Source: an uncultured Acidobacterium sp.
Lineage (GTDB): Bacteria; Acidobacteriota; Vicinamibacteria; Vicinamibacterales; UBA2999
Length of the DNA stretch: 34,683 bases
Assembly: GCA_964495855.1 (NCBI GenBank)
Contig: CAZBYY010000003.1
Span: 1-34,683 of the forward strand
Direction of reading: 5' to 3'
Shown here: piece after piece, positions 18,026 through 26,790 of the stretch
How the letters are laid out: each line of letters opens with the position of its first letter
Numbering within the stretch: the first letter of the stretch is position 1
The notes under the pieces: generated by a model
What the model was told of the DNA's origin: nothing
What the model saw: only the letters and a program-made list of their open reading frames with translations
Databases searched by the model: none
Position numbers and translations under genes: made by a program

Positions 18026-18143
18026 CGTCACGATCCCTCGCCCTTGCTGCCCGGCGTGTAACATCCGGTCCATTGTGGTTGGGCGGTAAGGTCGACCACA
18101 GTGGGTTACTTCTTCCTTTCGCACCGCGTACTACACGCTGGCG

Positions 18144-18704
18144 TCATCTCGGCCGCGTGTAACTCACACTCATCGTCGCCGAGCCGAGCGTCACCGACGA
18201 CACGGCTCTCGCCAGCGCGGCCCCGTCGATGCGTCCGGCCGGAAGTTGCGGCGGGCTCGACAGCGCATACACCGTGAACGTGTAGATCTTGGCGCCGGGA
18301 CCTTGCGAGCATGGCGGCTGATACGCCGCCTGCGGTCCGTCGCTGCCCACCCCGAACGTGCCAATCGCCGTCGAGTTGCGCGGCAGCGCCGTCACCGTCG
18401 AAGGGATGGCGTACAGCACCCAGTTCCACTTCGTCGTGCCGTCACCCGGGAGCGTGGTCATCAGCAGCGCGAATTCGCGGGTGCCGGCCGGCGCGTTCTG
18501 CCACGCGAGCGGAACCGACACCCCTTCGCCGTCGCAGGTGTACTCCGCGGGCAACGTGCCGCCATCAACCGCCACGGGACTCGTCAGCTTGAATGCCTGC
18601 ACCGTCGCCGGCGTCGGCGATGCCGGGGTCGAGGGCGAGCTTGTGCCGCAAGCACCAATGGCGCTCGCCGCGCAGACGAGCATGATGACGTGGATGCTTC
18701 GCAC
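18144..18704 (-). CDS. YbhB/YbcL (PEBP/Raf kinase inhibitor-like) lipoprotein
   Basis: Lipobox IGAC; YTCDG..S.PL.W..P.GT..FAL, WVLY.IP, Y.PPC..G..YTFTVYALS. Confidence 0.88.
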   Translation of the reverse strand: MRSIHVIMLVCAASAIGACGTSSPSTPASPTPATVQAFKLTSPVAVDGGTLPAEYTCDGEGVSVPLAWQNAPAGTREFALLMTTLPGDGTTKWNWVLYAIPSTVTALPRNSTAIGTFGVGSDGPQAAYQPPCSQGPGAKIYTFTVYALSSPPQLPAGRIDGAALARAVSSVTLGSATMSVSYTRPR

Positions 18705-18726
18705 GTAATCAATCCGCGACGCCGGG

Positions 18727-19080
18727 CTACTTCGCCCGCACCATCGTCCATTCGACGGTCGTGCCCATCGCGCCGGCGGCGCCGGTAATCTTGTCGCCTT
18801 CGAGCTTGCCCTTCATCTCGTAGGTCATGCGGCCGTCGCGATTGATGGTGAAGCTGATGCGATCGCCGTCGACGACGCCGTTTTCAACGGGCCAGACACG
18901 GCCGCCGCCCATGTCGAACTGGCCGGTGAGATGCGTGCCGTCGGCCTTGAGATCGACCTTCGCCGACACTGCACCCATCTGGCTGTTCATTTCAAAGTTC
19001 CACTTGCCGTCGAGGCCCGACTGCGCGCGCGCGACGACCACGGTCGCCGCTAGGAGGATTGCCGTCATCAGTTTTCGCAT
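18727..19080 (-). CDS. Small secreted beta-barrel-like hypothetical protein
   Basis: Signal peptide MRKLMTAILLAATVVVARA; LDGKW..L.ADG..LTG..G.VDGDRISF. Confidence 0.8.
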   Translation of the reverse strand: MRKLMTAILLAATVVVARAQSGLDGKWNFEMNSQMGAVSAKVDLKADGTHLTGQFDMGGGRVWPVENGVVDGDRISFTINRDGRMTYEMKGKLEGDKITGAAGAMGTTVEWTMVRAK

Positions 19081-19154
19081 ACCCAATGGTAGCAACGAGT
19101 CGAGTACGACGGCGGGTAGTATCGAGGGTGGGCGGGCGTTGCGCGCAAACAACG

Positions 19155-20870
19155 CTAACGCGCGGACCTGGCTCCGCGAATCGGGCGATACGCGGGGAAC
19201 CACATCGCGCGACTGACCATTTCTTCGAGGTTGTCGGAGGTGCCAGGCGCAAGCCCTTCGTCGACAGCCCTGCGGATCACCGCGCATGCCACGGCATGCG
19301 AGCATTCGCGAATGCGCGTGAGTTCCGGATACACCGCACCACGTGCCAGATCGGAAGCGCTGACGAGCGATGCGAGGGCCCGTGCCGCATCGAGGAACAT
19401 CGCGTCGGTCACGCGGCGGACCTTGCCGACCCACAGGCCAAGCCCGACGCCCGGGAAGACAAACGCGTTGTTGCCCTGGCCGATGCGATAGGTCTTTCCC
19501 TGATACGTCACCGGATCGAACGGACTCCCGGTGGCGACGATGGCCCGGCCGTCGGACCAGCGGATCGCGTCCTCCGCCGTGCACTCGCTCTTGCTGGTCG
19601 GGTTCGACAGCGGAAACACGATCGTCCGCTGGTTCACCGACGCCATCGCCTCGATCACCGGCTGCTGGAACAATCCGGCCGTGCCCGACGTGCCGATCAG
19701 GATCGTCGGTTGGAAGTTGCGGACGGTCTCTTCGAGCGTGATCCGCGAGCGGTCGCGCGCGTCGTAGGCGGCAACATCCGCGGGCGACTTCGCGTAGGCG
19801 GCCTTGAACGGCTCGAGATCGGTTCGATCATCGAGCACGAGGCCGCGGCTGTCGACGGTTGCGATCCGGCGCCGCGCCTCGTCTCGCGACAGGCCCTCGT
19901 CGACGAGGGCCGACACGATCAGCCCTGCGATGCCTTGCGCCGATGCGCCCGCGCCGGCGATGACGACGCGCTGGTCGCGCATGGGCTGCCCGGTGATGCG
20001 CAGGGCCGCGTAGAGACCGGCGACGACGACCGACGCGGTGCCCTGGATGTCGTCGTTGAACGTGCACAGCCGATCGCGGAAGCGCTCGAGCTGGAAGATC
20101 GCATTGCCCTTCAGGAAGTCTTCCCACTGCAGCACGCTCTCGGGATAGACGCGCATCACCGCATCGACGAACGCATCGACGAAGTCCTGGTATTCGCCGC
20201 CGCGGATGCGGCGATGACGCACGCCAAGATAGAGCGGGTCGTTGAGCCGCTCCTGGTTGTCGGTGCCGACATCCAGCGTGATCGGCAGCGTGAGCCATGG
20301 GGGGATGCCCGCACACGCGGTGTAAAGCGCCAGCTTGCCGATCGGAATGCCCATCCCGCCGATGCCCTGATCGCCAAGGCCGAGAATCCGCTCGCCGTCG
20401 GTGACCACGATCACCGCAGGCGGACGAGGGTGATTTCTGAGGATGCGTTCGATGTCACCGCGCTGCTCGTACGAAATGTAGAGGCCGCGCGCGCGGCGAT
20501 AGATGTGCGAGAAGCGCTGGCAGGCTTCACCGACGACCGGCGTGTAGACGACCGGCATCATCTCGTCGATGTAGTCGTGAATCAGCCGGAAGTAGAGGAC
20601 CTCGTTACGATCCTGGAGGCTGGCCAGGTGGATGTATCGCTCGATCGGCGTGGCCTTGGCGCGAAAGTTCTCGTACACCCGATCGAGCTGCTGCTCCATC
20701 GTCGAGACAACCGGCGGCAGCAAGCCGTCGAGGCCGAGCTCGTGGCGCTCGGCCAGGGTAAACGCAGTGCCTTTGTTGGTGAGGGGATTGAGGAGCAGCG
20801 CCTCGCCGCAATCTTCCGCGGCAATGTACTCTTCGCCGGAAACGACGTCGCGCGCGATCGACCAGGTCAT
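19155..20870 (-). CDS. maeA: NAD-dependent malic enzyme
   Basis: NKGTAFT..ER, YTPVVGEAC, VTDGERILGLGD, FNDDIQGT, GAGAS, PLSNPT, GQGNNAFVFPG. Confidence 0.96.
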   Translation of the reverse strand: MTWSIARDVVSGEEYIAAEDCGEALLLNPLTNKGTAFTLAERHELGLDGLLPPVVSTMEQQLDRVYENFRAKATPIERYIHLASLQDRNEVLYFRLIHDYIDEMMPVVYTPVVGEACQRFSHIYRRARGLYISYEQRGDIERILRNHPRPPAVIVVTDGERILGLGDQGIGGMGIPIGKLALYTACAGIPPWLTLPITLDVGTDNQERLNDPLYLGVRHRRIRGGEYQDFVDAFVDAVMRVYPESVLQWEDFLKGNAIFQLERFRDRLCTFNDDIQGTASVVVAGLYAALRITGQPMRDQRVVIAGAGASAQGIAGLIVSALVDEGLSRDEARRRIATVDSRGLVLDDRTDLEPFKAAYAKSPADVAAYDARDRSRITLEETVRNFQPTILIGTSGTAGLFQQPVIEAMASVNQRTIVFPLSNPTSKSECTAEDAIRWSDGRAIVATGSPFDPVTYQGKTYRIGQGNNAFVFPGVGLGLWVGKVRRVTDAMFLDAARALASLVSASDLARGAVYPELTRIRECSHAVACAVIRRAVDEGLAPGTSDNLEEMVSRAMWFPAYRPIRGARSAR

Positions 20871-20945
20871 GGTGCGAACCCTGTCTACAGTTCAGGTTAT
20901 CACCATTGGCCGATCGCGGGCGGCGCCGTCCCTGCGGCGCGGATC

Positions 20946-23876
20946 CTAGAAGCTGATCCTGAACCCGAGCTGTGCCTGCCGCGACACGTAGGCGTTGCCG
21001 GTCGTCGATTGCGGCTGGCCGAATCGCGCCGTGATCGCGGGATTGGTGGCGCTCAACGTCGTGGCGTAACTGCCGAAATTGGCGTGGTTCAGGATGTTGA
21101 ACACCTCGGCGATCACCGTGGCACGCGCGGTGCCGCCGAGCTTCAGGTCCTGCGTGATGCGGAGATCGACCTTGTGCAGCGGCAGCCCCATCAGCGCGTT
21201 ACGCGGAATCACGTCGCCGGAGTTGATCGTCGACGGACCTTCGAAGCGATCGGCGACTGACGCGGGAATGACGATCGCCGGCGCGGCGGCGCCGCTGTTC
21301 GCGAGATTCAGTCGATTGGTGCCGGTCTTTCCGTAGGGCGACGCCGAAATGCTGGCGGCATATCGATTGCCGGAGCCGTAGGAATACACGAGGCTCGTCG
21401 CCAACCCACCACGCCACTGATACATGCCGTATGCGCGGACGGTGTTCCGCTGGAACGCAGCGGCAGTCGCGTATTCACCGTTGACGGGATCCAACGGGTT
21501 GTTCGCGCCAGGCGCGGTGTAGCCGATGCCGCCGTCGTCGTGCATCGAGAACATCAGCGTGTAGGTGGCCCCGGCCTGCAGGTTGTTGCGCAGGCGGCGC
21601 GTGATGCCGCTGGCGAGCTGCGTCTGGTCGCGGCGCCCTTCCGAAATGAACGTCAGCACCTGGCTGTATGCCGGATTCGGACGGCCCGTTGTCGGATTCC
21701 TGTTGTAGCCGGTGACCGGGTCGTAGAACAGGTTTGGATCGAACGTGCGCGTGTCGCGGTACTCGTTGAAATGCGTGAGGTCGACGTCGATGCCCGTGAC
21801 CGAGTTCAACTGTTTCTGGAAACCAATGCTGCTCTGCCAGCTATACGGCGTCTTGAAATCGCCGGCGATGGTGCGGGGCGATTGCACGGGCGCCGGGAGC
21901 TTGCCCGAGAAGAAGTCGGCTGCGGTGGCGCCGTTGGTCGGATTGCTGATGAAGTTTGCCCGGCCGTCGTTCGGAAACGACGCCGTGAGCAGCTGGCTGT
22001 AGACCTTCGGGCTGTAGGTGACGTTCGACACCGGCGACGCGAAGTAAAGGCCGCTGCCGCCGCGAATCACGAGGTCGTTCCGCCCGCCGACGTTCCAGGT
22101 GAAGCCCACGCGCGGAGCAATGTCCTTGCGGTCCCGGATATCCGTCTTGTAGCCGAAGTCGCCGCTCACCTTGCCGTTGTTGATGGGAATCGAGTTGCCG
22201 ACGACGCCGGGAGGCGCCGCCATGCTGGGGTCGTAGTCCCAGCGGATGCCCATGTTGACCGTCACCTGGTTGGACACGCGCCAGTTGTCGCCGATCCAGA
22301 CGGCGTACATCGGGCGGAGCGTATCGAACAGGTTGGTGAAACCGTTGCGCGCGAAGTTGACGTCGAACTTCTGCGCGAGCGAGCTCAGGCCCGCGAGGTT
22401 CCACTTCGACGGATCGAGCGCCGCGCTCGCCGGCACGAGCTCGTTGAGATTGGCGGGGATCGCCGTCATCGTGTAGCGACCCGCCGCCTGGATGTACCAG
22501 TCGCCCTCGTCATGCACGCGCAGGTACTCGGCGCCGATCTTGATGTCGTGCGTCTCCTTGTGCCACGTCAGATCCCAGCGCGTGTTGTAGGTGCCGCCGG
22601 TGTGGTACTGCGGATAGTTGTAGGGCGCGCCGATCGTCAGGCCGGGGAAGTTGTATTCCGGCGTGTTGAGGAGCGACGGCAACGGCAGGTTGTCCCAGTT
22701 GAATGCGGCGAAGCCGCCTTTCAGCTCCGAGACCATGTGGCCACCGCCCATGACGGCCGTCCAGGTGCCGAGGATGTCGCGCGAGCGCTTGTCCTGGATC
22801 GACGCCTGTGACGGGTGCAAGCCCGCGCCGAGCGTGAAGGGATTGCCCCAGTCCCACGTCGACACGCGCGCCGACACGCGGTTGTTGGTGGACACCTGGT
22901 TGTCGACCCGCGCGAGGATGCTGTGCTGCGTGGTCTTCGAATCGTAGGTGAAGTTCTGGCCCGGCATCGCCGACGGGCTCGTTGCGATCGTGCCCGGCTC
23001 GCGCTCGTATTCGTACGACGCGAAGTAATGGAGGCGGTTCTTGACGATCGGTCCGCCGAACGTGCCGCCCACCTGCTGATTCGAATACGGCAGCACGGTG
23101 CCCGTCACCGGATCGGCGGCGTTGAACTTGTCGCTGCGGAAGTTGCCGTAGGTGCTGCCCGAGTAGCGATTGGTGCCCGACTTCGAGATCGCCTGCACCT
23201 CGATGCCGGCCGATCGGCCCTGCGTGATGTCGAACATCGTCGTCACGATCTGGAACTCGGCGATCGATTCGCGGCTGAAGCGCGGCTGGCCGAAGCCGGA
23301 GCCCGCGGTCTTCTGCGTGATCTGCTGGCCGTCGAGATTCAGCTGGAACATGTCGTCGGCATCGACGCCGGGACGATTCGTGACGTCGTTGGCGGTGATG
23401 CCCTTCACCATCTTCGACAACTCCATCCAGTTGCGGCCTTGCAGCGGCAGGCTCTCCATCTGGCGGCGATCGACGTTGCCGGCGACTTGCGACGTCGAGA
23501 TGTCGACGAGCGGCGATTCAGCGGTGACGGTGAGCGTCTCGCTCAGCTGCGCGACCTTGAGTTGAAACGGGATCGTGGCGTTCTGCCCGACAAGCAGCTC
23601 CACGCGCTCGAGCGTCGTCTTGGAGAAGCCGGACATCTCCGCAAAGATGCGGTACTGGCCGGCCTGCAACTGCAGCCGGAACATGCCTCCGGCGTCGGTG
23701 ATGGCAACGGTCTGCACGCCGCTTTCAATGTTGGTGGCGGTGACCGTGGCGCCAGGCAGCGACGCCTTGGTGTCGTCGGTGACCGAGCCGCTGACCGTCG
23801 CCTGCTGGGCCCAAGCGGGAGCGCCCGCAACGAGCAAGCAAACACCGAGGAACACACCGAGACGAAGCGCGCGCAT
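20946..23876 (-). CDS. Oar-like TonB-dependent receptor with carboxypeptidase-regulatory-like domain
   Basis: GSVTD..LPGATVT, LPLQGRN, SKSGTN..SG, APRVGFTW, EVFNILN, QLGFRISF; AAGGAG RBS. Confidence 0.92.
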   Translation of the reverse strand: MRALRLGVFLGVCLLVAGAPAWAQQATVSGSVTDDTKASLPGATVTATNIESGVQTVAITDAGGMFRLQLQAGQYRIFAEMSGFSKTTLERVELLVGQNATIPFQLKVAQLSETLTVTAESPLVDISTSQVAGNVDRRQMESLPLQGRNWMELSKMVKGITANDVTNRPGVDADDMFQLNLDGQQITQKTAGSGFGQPRFSRESIAEFQIVTTMFDITQGRSAGIEVQAISKSGTNRYSGSTYGNFRSDKFNAADPVTGTVLPYSNQQVGGTFGGPIVKNRLHYFASYEYEREPGTIATSPSAMPGQNFTYDSKTTQHSILARVDNQVSTNNRVSARVSTWDWGNPFTLGAGLHPSQASIQDKRSRDILGTWTAVMGGGHMVSELKGGFAAFNWDNLPLPSLLNTPEYNFPGLTIGAPYNYPQYHTGGTYNTRWDLTWHKETHDIKIGAEYLRVHDEGDWYIQAAGRYTMTAIPANLNELVPASAALDPSKWNLAGLSSLAQKFDVNFARNGFTNLFDTLRPMYAVWIGDNWRVSNQVTVNMGIRWDYDPSMAAPPGVVGNSIPINNGKVSGDFGYKTDIRDRKDIAPRVGFTWNVGGRNDLVIRGGSGLYFASPVSNVTYSPKVYSQLLTASFPNDGRANFISNPTNGATAADFFSGKLPAPVQSPRTIAGDFKTPYSWQSSIGFQKQLNSVTGIDVDLTHFNEYRDTRTFDPNLFYDPVTGYNRNPTTGRPNPAYSQVLTFISEGRRDQTQLASGITRRLRNNLQAGATYTLMFSMHDDGGIGYTAPGANNPLDPVNGEYATAAAFQRNTVRAYGMYQWRGGLATSLVYSYGSGNRYAASISASPYGKTGTNRLNLANSGAAAPAIVIPASVADRFEGPSTINSGDVIPRNALMGLPLHKVDLRITQDLKLGGTARATVIAEVFNILNHANFGSYATTLSATNPAITARFGQPQSTTGNAYVSRQAQLGFRISF

Positions 23877-23965
23877 GCCGGTCTCCTTTCTTCAAGTCGG
23901 TACGAAGGCCCCGTCCCACGCGGGAACGGGTCGCACGATGAATTCGGACGCCGTGTTGAGGGGGG

Positions 23966-23994
23966 ATTGTCTTCGGGTGCCCCGACTGAGTCAA
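23966..23994 (-). promoter_or_regulatory. Sigma-70 promoter for the Oar-like receptor
   Basis: TTGACT-N17-GACAAT on the minus strand. Confidence 0.6.
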
Positions 23995-24049
23995 GCTACC
24001 TGTGAGGAGCGGCGGGTTGTATGCTTTCCAGTCAGGGTAGGGATTCCGA

Positions 24050-25267
24050 ATGAAGATTGCATCGAAAGTGGCTCTGCTGTTGGCGTTGACCTCATCCGTC
24101 GCATGGGCGCAGGTCAACGCTGGATCGAAAGAACCGGAGAAAGAACTGCCGTTCACGCTGACGAAGGTCGCGGACTTCAAGTTGCCATGGCGCATCGCGT
24201 TCCTGCCGGACGGCCGCATGGTGATCACCGAGAAAGTCGGGCCGGTGTGGCTGATGACGCAACAGGGCGAGAAGACGCCGATCGACAACGTGCCCGCGGT
24301 CGCGTACGGCGGGCAAGGCGGCATGCTCGGCGTGTTCACGTCGCCGAAGTACGCAACGGATCACAGTATCTATCTGACCTACGCCGAACCTGGCGACGGC
24401 GGAGCGGGCCTCGCGCTCGCGCGCGCGCGGCTGGTGATCGGCGAGGGCAAGGCGAGCCTCGAGGGTTTGCAGGTGCTGTGGCGCGACATGCCGAAAGGAC
24501 GGGGCGGACAGTACGGCGCCGCGGTGGCGTTTTCTCCCGACGGCTATCTCTTCCTCGCCGTCGGTGATCGCCAGCGCATGACGCCCGCGCAAGATCCCAA
24601 CACCGAGGTCGGCAAGATCCTTCGCCTGACGCTCGACGGCAAGCCCGCACCGGGCAACCCGATGGCCGGCAAGACCGGTGGCCCGGAGCGTCCGTTGATC
24701 AACCCGCCGCGCGATACCGAAGTCGCGAAGACGGCCGAGGTGATCAGCACCTACAAAGTTGAAGGCGCCAACATCGCCCCGTCAGAAACGTGGAGCAGCG
24801 GCCATCGCACACCGTACGGGCTTGCCTTCGGGCCGGACGGCCGCTTGTGGGAAGTCGAGCACGGCCCGCGCGGCGGCGATGAGCTGAACCTGATCGAAAA
24901 GGGCAAGAACTACGGCTGGCCGCTGGTGTCCTACGCCACCAACTACAACGGCGTGCCGATCCCGAGCCCCGACACGCGACCCGACCTGGCCAAGCCGGTG
25001 ATCTACTGGACGCCGATCATCGCGCCCGGCAACATCACGTTCTACAACGGCAAGATGTTCCCGCAGTGGAACGGCTCGGCGTTGATGGGCGGCATGGCCA
25101 CGCAGTCGCTGAACCGCATCACGTTCGACGGCAAGGGCGGTGCGACGCCGGCGGAGCGGTGGAGCGTGGGCCATCGCGTGCGCGACGTCGAGGTCGCCCC
25201 CGATGGCGCGATCTGGATTCTGGAAGACGCCAACCCCGGCGGCGTGTACCGCATCACGCCGAAGTAG
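24050..25267 (+). CDS. PQQ-dependent sugar dehydrogenase (YliI/GSDH family)
   Basis: PW..AFLPDG, GQGGML, GKILRL, GHR.PYGL, EHGPRGGDELN..GKNYGWP, RVRDV..PDG. Confidence 0.93.
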   Translation: MKIASKVALLLALTSSVAWAQVNAGSKEPEKELPFTLTKVADFKLPWRIAFLPDGRMVITEKVGPVWLMTQQGEKTPIDNVPAVAYGGQGGMLGVFTSPKYATDHSIYLTYAEPGDGGAGLALARARLVIGEGKASLEGLQVLWRDMPKGRGGQYGAAVAFSPDGYLFLAVGDRQRMTPAQDPNTEVGKILRLTLDGKPAPGNPMAGKTGGPERPLINPPRDTEVAKTAEVISTYKVEGANIAPSETWSSGHRTPYGLAFGPDGRLWEVEHGPRGGDELNLIEKGKNYGWPLVSYATNYNGVPIPSPDTRPDLAKPVIYWTPIIAPGNITFYNGKMFPQWNGSALMGGMATQSLNRITFDGKGGATPAERWSVGHRVRDVEVAPDGAIWILEDANPGGVYRITPK

Positions 25268-25302
25268 CAGCCGGCAACCCCAACTGGATTGTCGGTGCGA
25301 TT

Positions 25303-25701
25303 GTGAGCCACAGCCCTCGCGGGCACCAGGCTCCGAAAAGGACGGCGCTGGCGCTGCTCGCGCTGGCGCTGTTCATCGTCGCGGCCTGGCCGCCCGACAA
25401 CGATCGCAGCCTCGCGATGAAGGCGATTAACTGGGTGGTGGATCCGGCCGGACGCCTTCCGGTTCTGCCGCCACAGCTTGGCTTCGGTGTCGGCGATGAC
25501 CCGTCAGCCGTCGAAGCCCACGACGCGCAAGTTCGACGCTACGACGCGTTGTTTGCCGAAGGCGGATGGACGCGGTGGCGGCTGCAGTTGAAGGTGGCGC
25601 GGGATCCGATCGCGGCCGGCACCGCGCGGCAATTGCTGCTGGCCGCGGGTGCCGTTGGCGCGTATCTGCTGTGGCGGCGTTCGATTACGGCGCGATCGTG
25701 A
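25303..25701 (+). CDS. Hypothetical membrane protein, start uncertain
   Basis: Two hydrophobic segments flank a soluble loop; fills the gap between neighbouring genes. Confidence 0.6.
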   Translation: MSHSPRGHQAPKRTALALLALALFIVAAWPPDNDRSLAMKAINWVVDPAGRLPVLPPQLGFGVGDDPSAVEAHDAQVRRYDALFAEGGWTRWRLQLKVARDPIAAGTARQLLLAAGAVGAYLLWRRSITARS

Positions 25702-26776
25702 TCTTCTCGACCTGCCATGTCGAGCAATCCCCCTTGTAGATCACCGTATCCGACTCGCAGTGAAGTTCGTGGACGAGGCAGCCGCTCTGCCCGTGGCCGA
25801 GGCTGGTCTGCGCCCATCCGAGCAGCTTGCCATCAAGGCTCATCTTGTAGATCTTGCCGTTGCCGTCGCCAGAGAAGAGGTGTTGCGTCGCCCCCGGGGA
25901 GACGCACACTGACCACGGAGCACCCATCCCCTCGATGATGCGCAGCGCGTTCAGATTGGAGTCGAACACCTGCACGCGGCGGTTGCCGCGGTCGGCCACA
26001 TAGATATTGCCGCCGGCATCCGCCGCAATTGCGTGCGGCGTGTTGAACTGGCTCGGCGCGCTGCCTCGCTCACCAACGGCCTTAACCCAGGTGCCGTCCT
26101 TGCTGAACTTCGCGACGCGTGAGTTGTTGTAGCCGTCGGAGACAAAGATATTGCCTTGCGGGTCCCAGGTGACATCGGTCGGCCGATTGAACACACCCGG
26201 CCGCGCCGGCGGCGTGCCCTCGATCCGGCGGCCTTCCTCGACGAAGCGCTCGAGCCAGTCGAGTGGCTCTTCCTTGCGGCCGAGCGTCATCGCCACCGAG
26301 CCGTCAGGCCGGAACTTGACGATCATGTTGGTGCCTTCGTCCACCATCCAGACGTTGTCGTCCTTGTCGATTCGCACGGTGTGCGCGAAGCCGGCCGCGT
26401 AATTGTTCGGCCCCCATTGCTTGATGAACTTCAGCGACGGATCGAATTCGAACAGCATCGATGCCGCGCTTCCCTTGACGGTTGCGGTACGGCCGGTGCG
26501 GCTGAACACGAACAGGTTGCCTTTCGAGTTCTTGGCTACGCCGACGGCCTCGCCGATCGTTTCACCGGGGATCGACAGCCGTAGCACTTCTTCAGTGACC
26601 TTCAGCTGGGGAGTCGCCTTTTCGAGCGCAGCCTGCTTCGCTTGCTGCTCGGGCGTTCCGGCTAGCCCGCCCCCGGCAGGGGGCGCGGGCGCGCGCTCAC
26701 CCGCGGGCCGCTGGCTCTGCGCGTAGACAACGAGCGAGCCCGCCAGCACCATCACCAGAATCATTCGCATCCTCAT
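25685..26776 (-). CDS. Secreted NHL-repeat protein (peptidyl-alpha-hydroxyglycine alpha-amidating lyase-like)
   Basis: AH.VRID, FNRPTDV..D..GNIFVSDGY.NSRV.KF, FNTPH.IA.D..GNIYVADRGNRRVQVFD; GGAG RBS. Confidence 0.88.
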   Translation of the reverse strand: MRMRMILVMVLAGSLVVYAQSQRPAGERAPAPPAGGGLAGTPEQQAKQAALEKATPQLKVTEEVLRLSIPGETIGEAVGVAKNSKGNLFVFSRTGRTATVKGSAASMLFEFDPSLKFIKQWGPNNYAAGFAHTVRIDKDDNVWMVDEGTNMIVKFRPDGSVAMTLGRKEEPLDWLERFVEEGRRIEGTPPARPGVFNRPTDVTWDPQGNIFVSDGYNNSRVAKFSKDGTWVKAVGERGSAPSQFNTPHAIAADAGGNIYVADRGNRRVQVFDSNLNALRIIEGMGAPWSVCVSPGATQHLFSGDGNGKIYKMSLDGKLLGWAQTSLGHGQSGCLVHELHCESDTVIYKGDCSTWQVEKITIAP

Positions 26777-26790
26777 CACCTGTCTCCTAT

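Noticed and set aside
19136-19155. Hairpin GCGTTG..CAACGC at the end of the malic enzyme gene as an intrinsic terminator
   Set aside because: Short stem with no U-tract; not enough support
19081-19584. Long N-terminal extension of the small secreted protein; similar over-extensions for mug, the NTF2 protein, the CheB-CheR kinase and the porin
   Set aside because: These overlap neighbouring genes or promoters; signal peptides, RBS or -10 boxes point to the downstream starts
19059-21260. 733-aa plus-strand ORF, and similar long ORFs at 16253-17452, 21540-22811, 22815-24005 and 30793-31800
   Set aside because: Antisense shadows of well-supported genes, expected in high-GC DNA; no recognisable motifs
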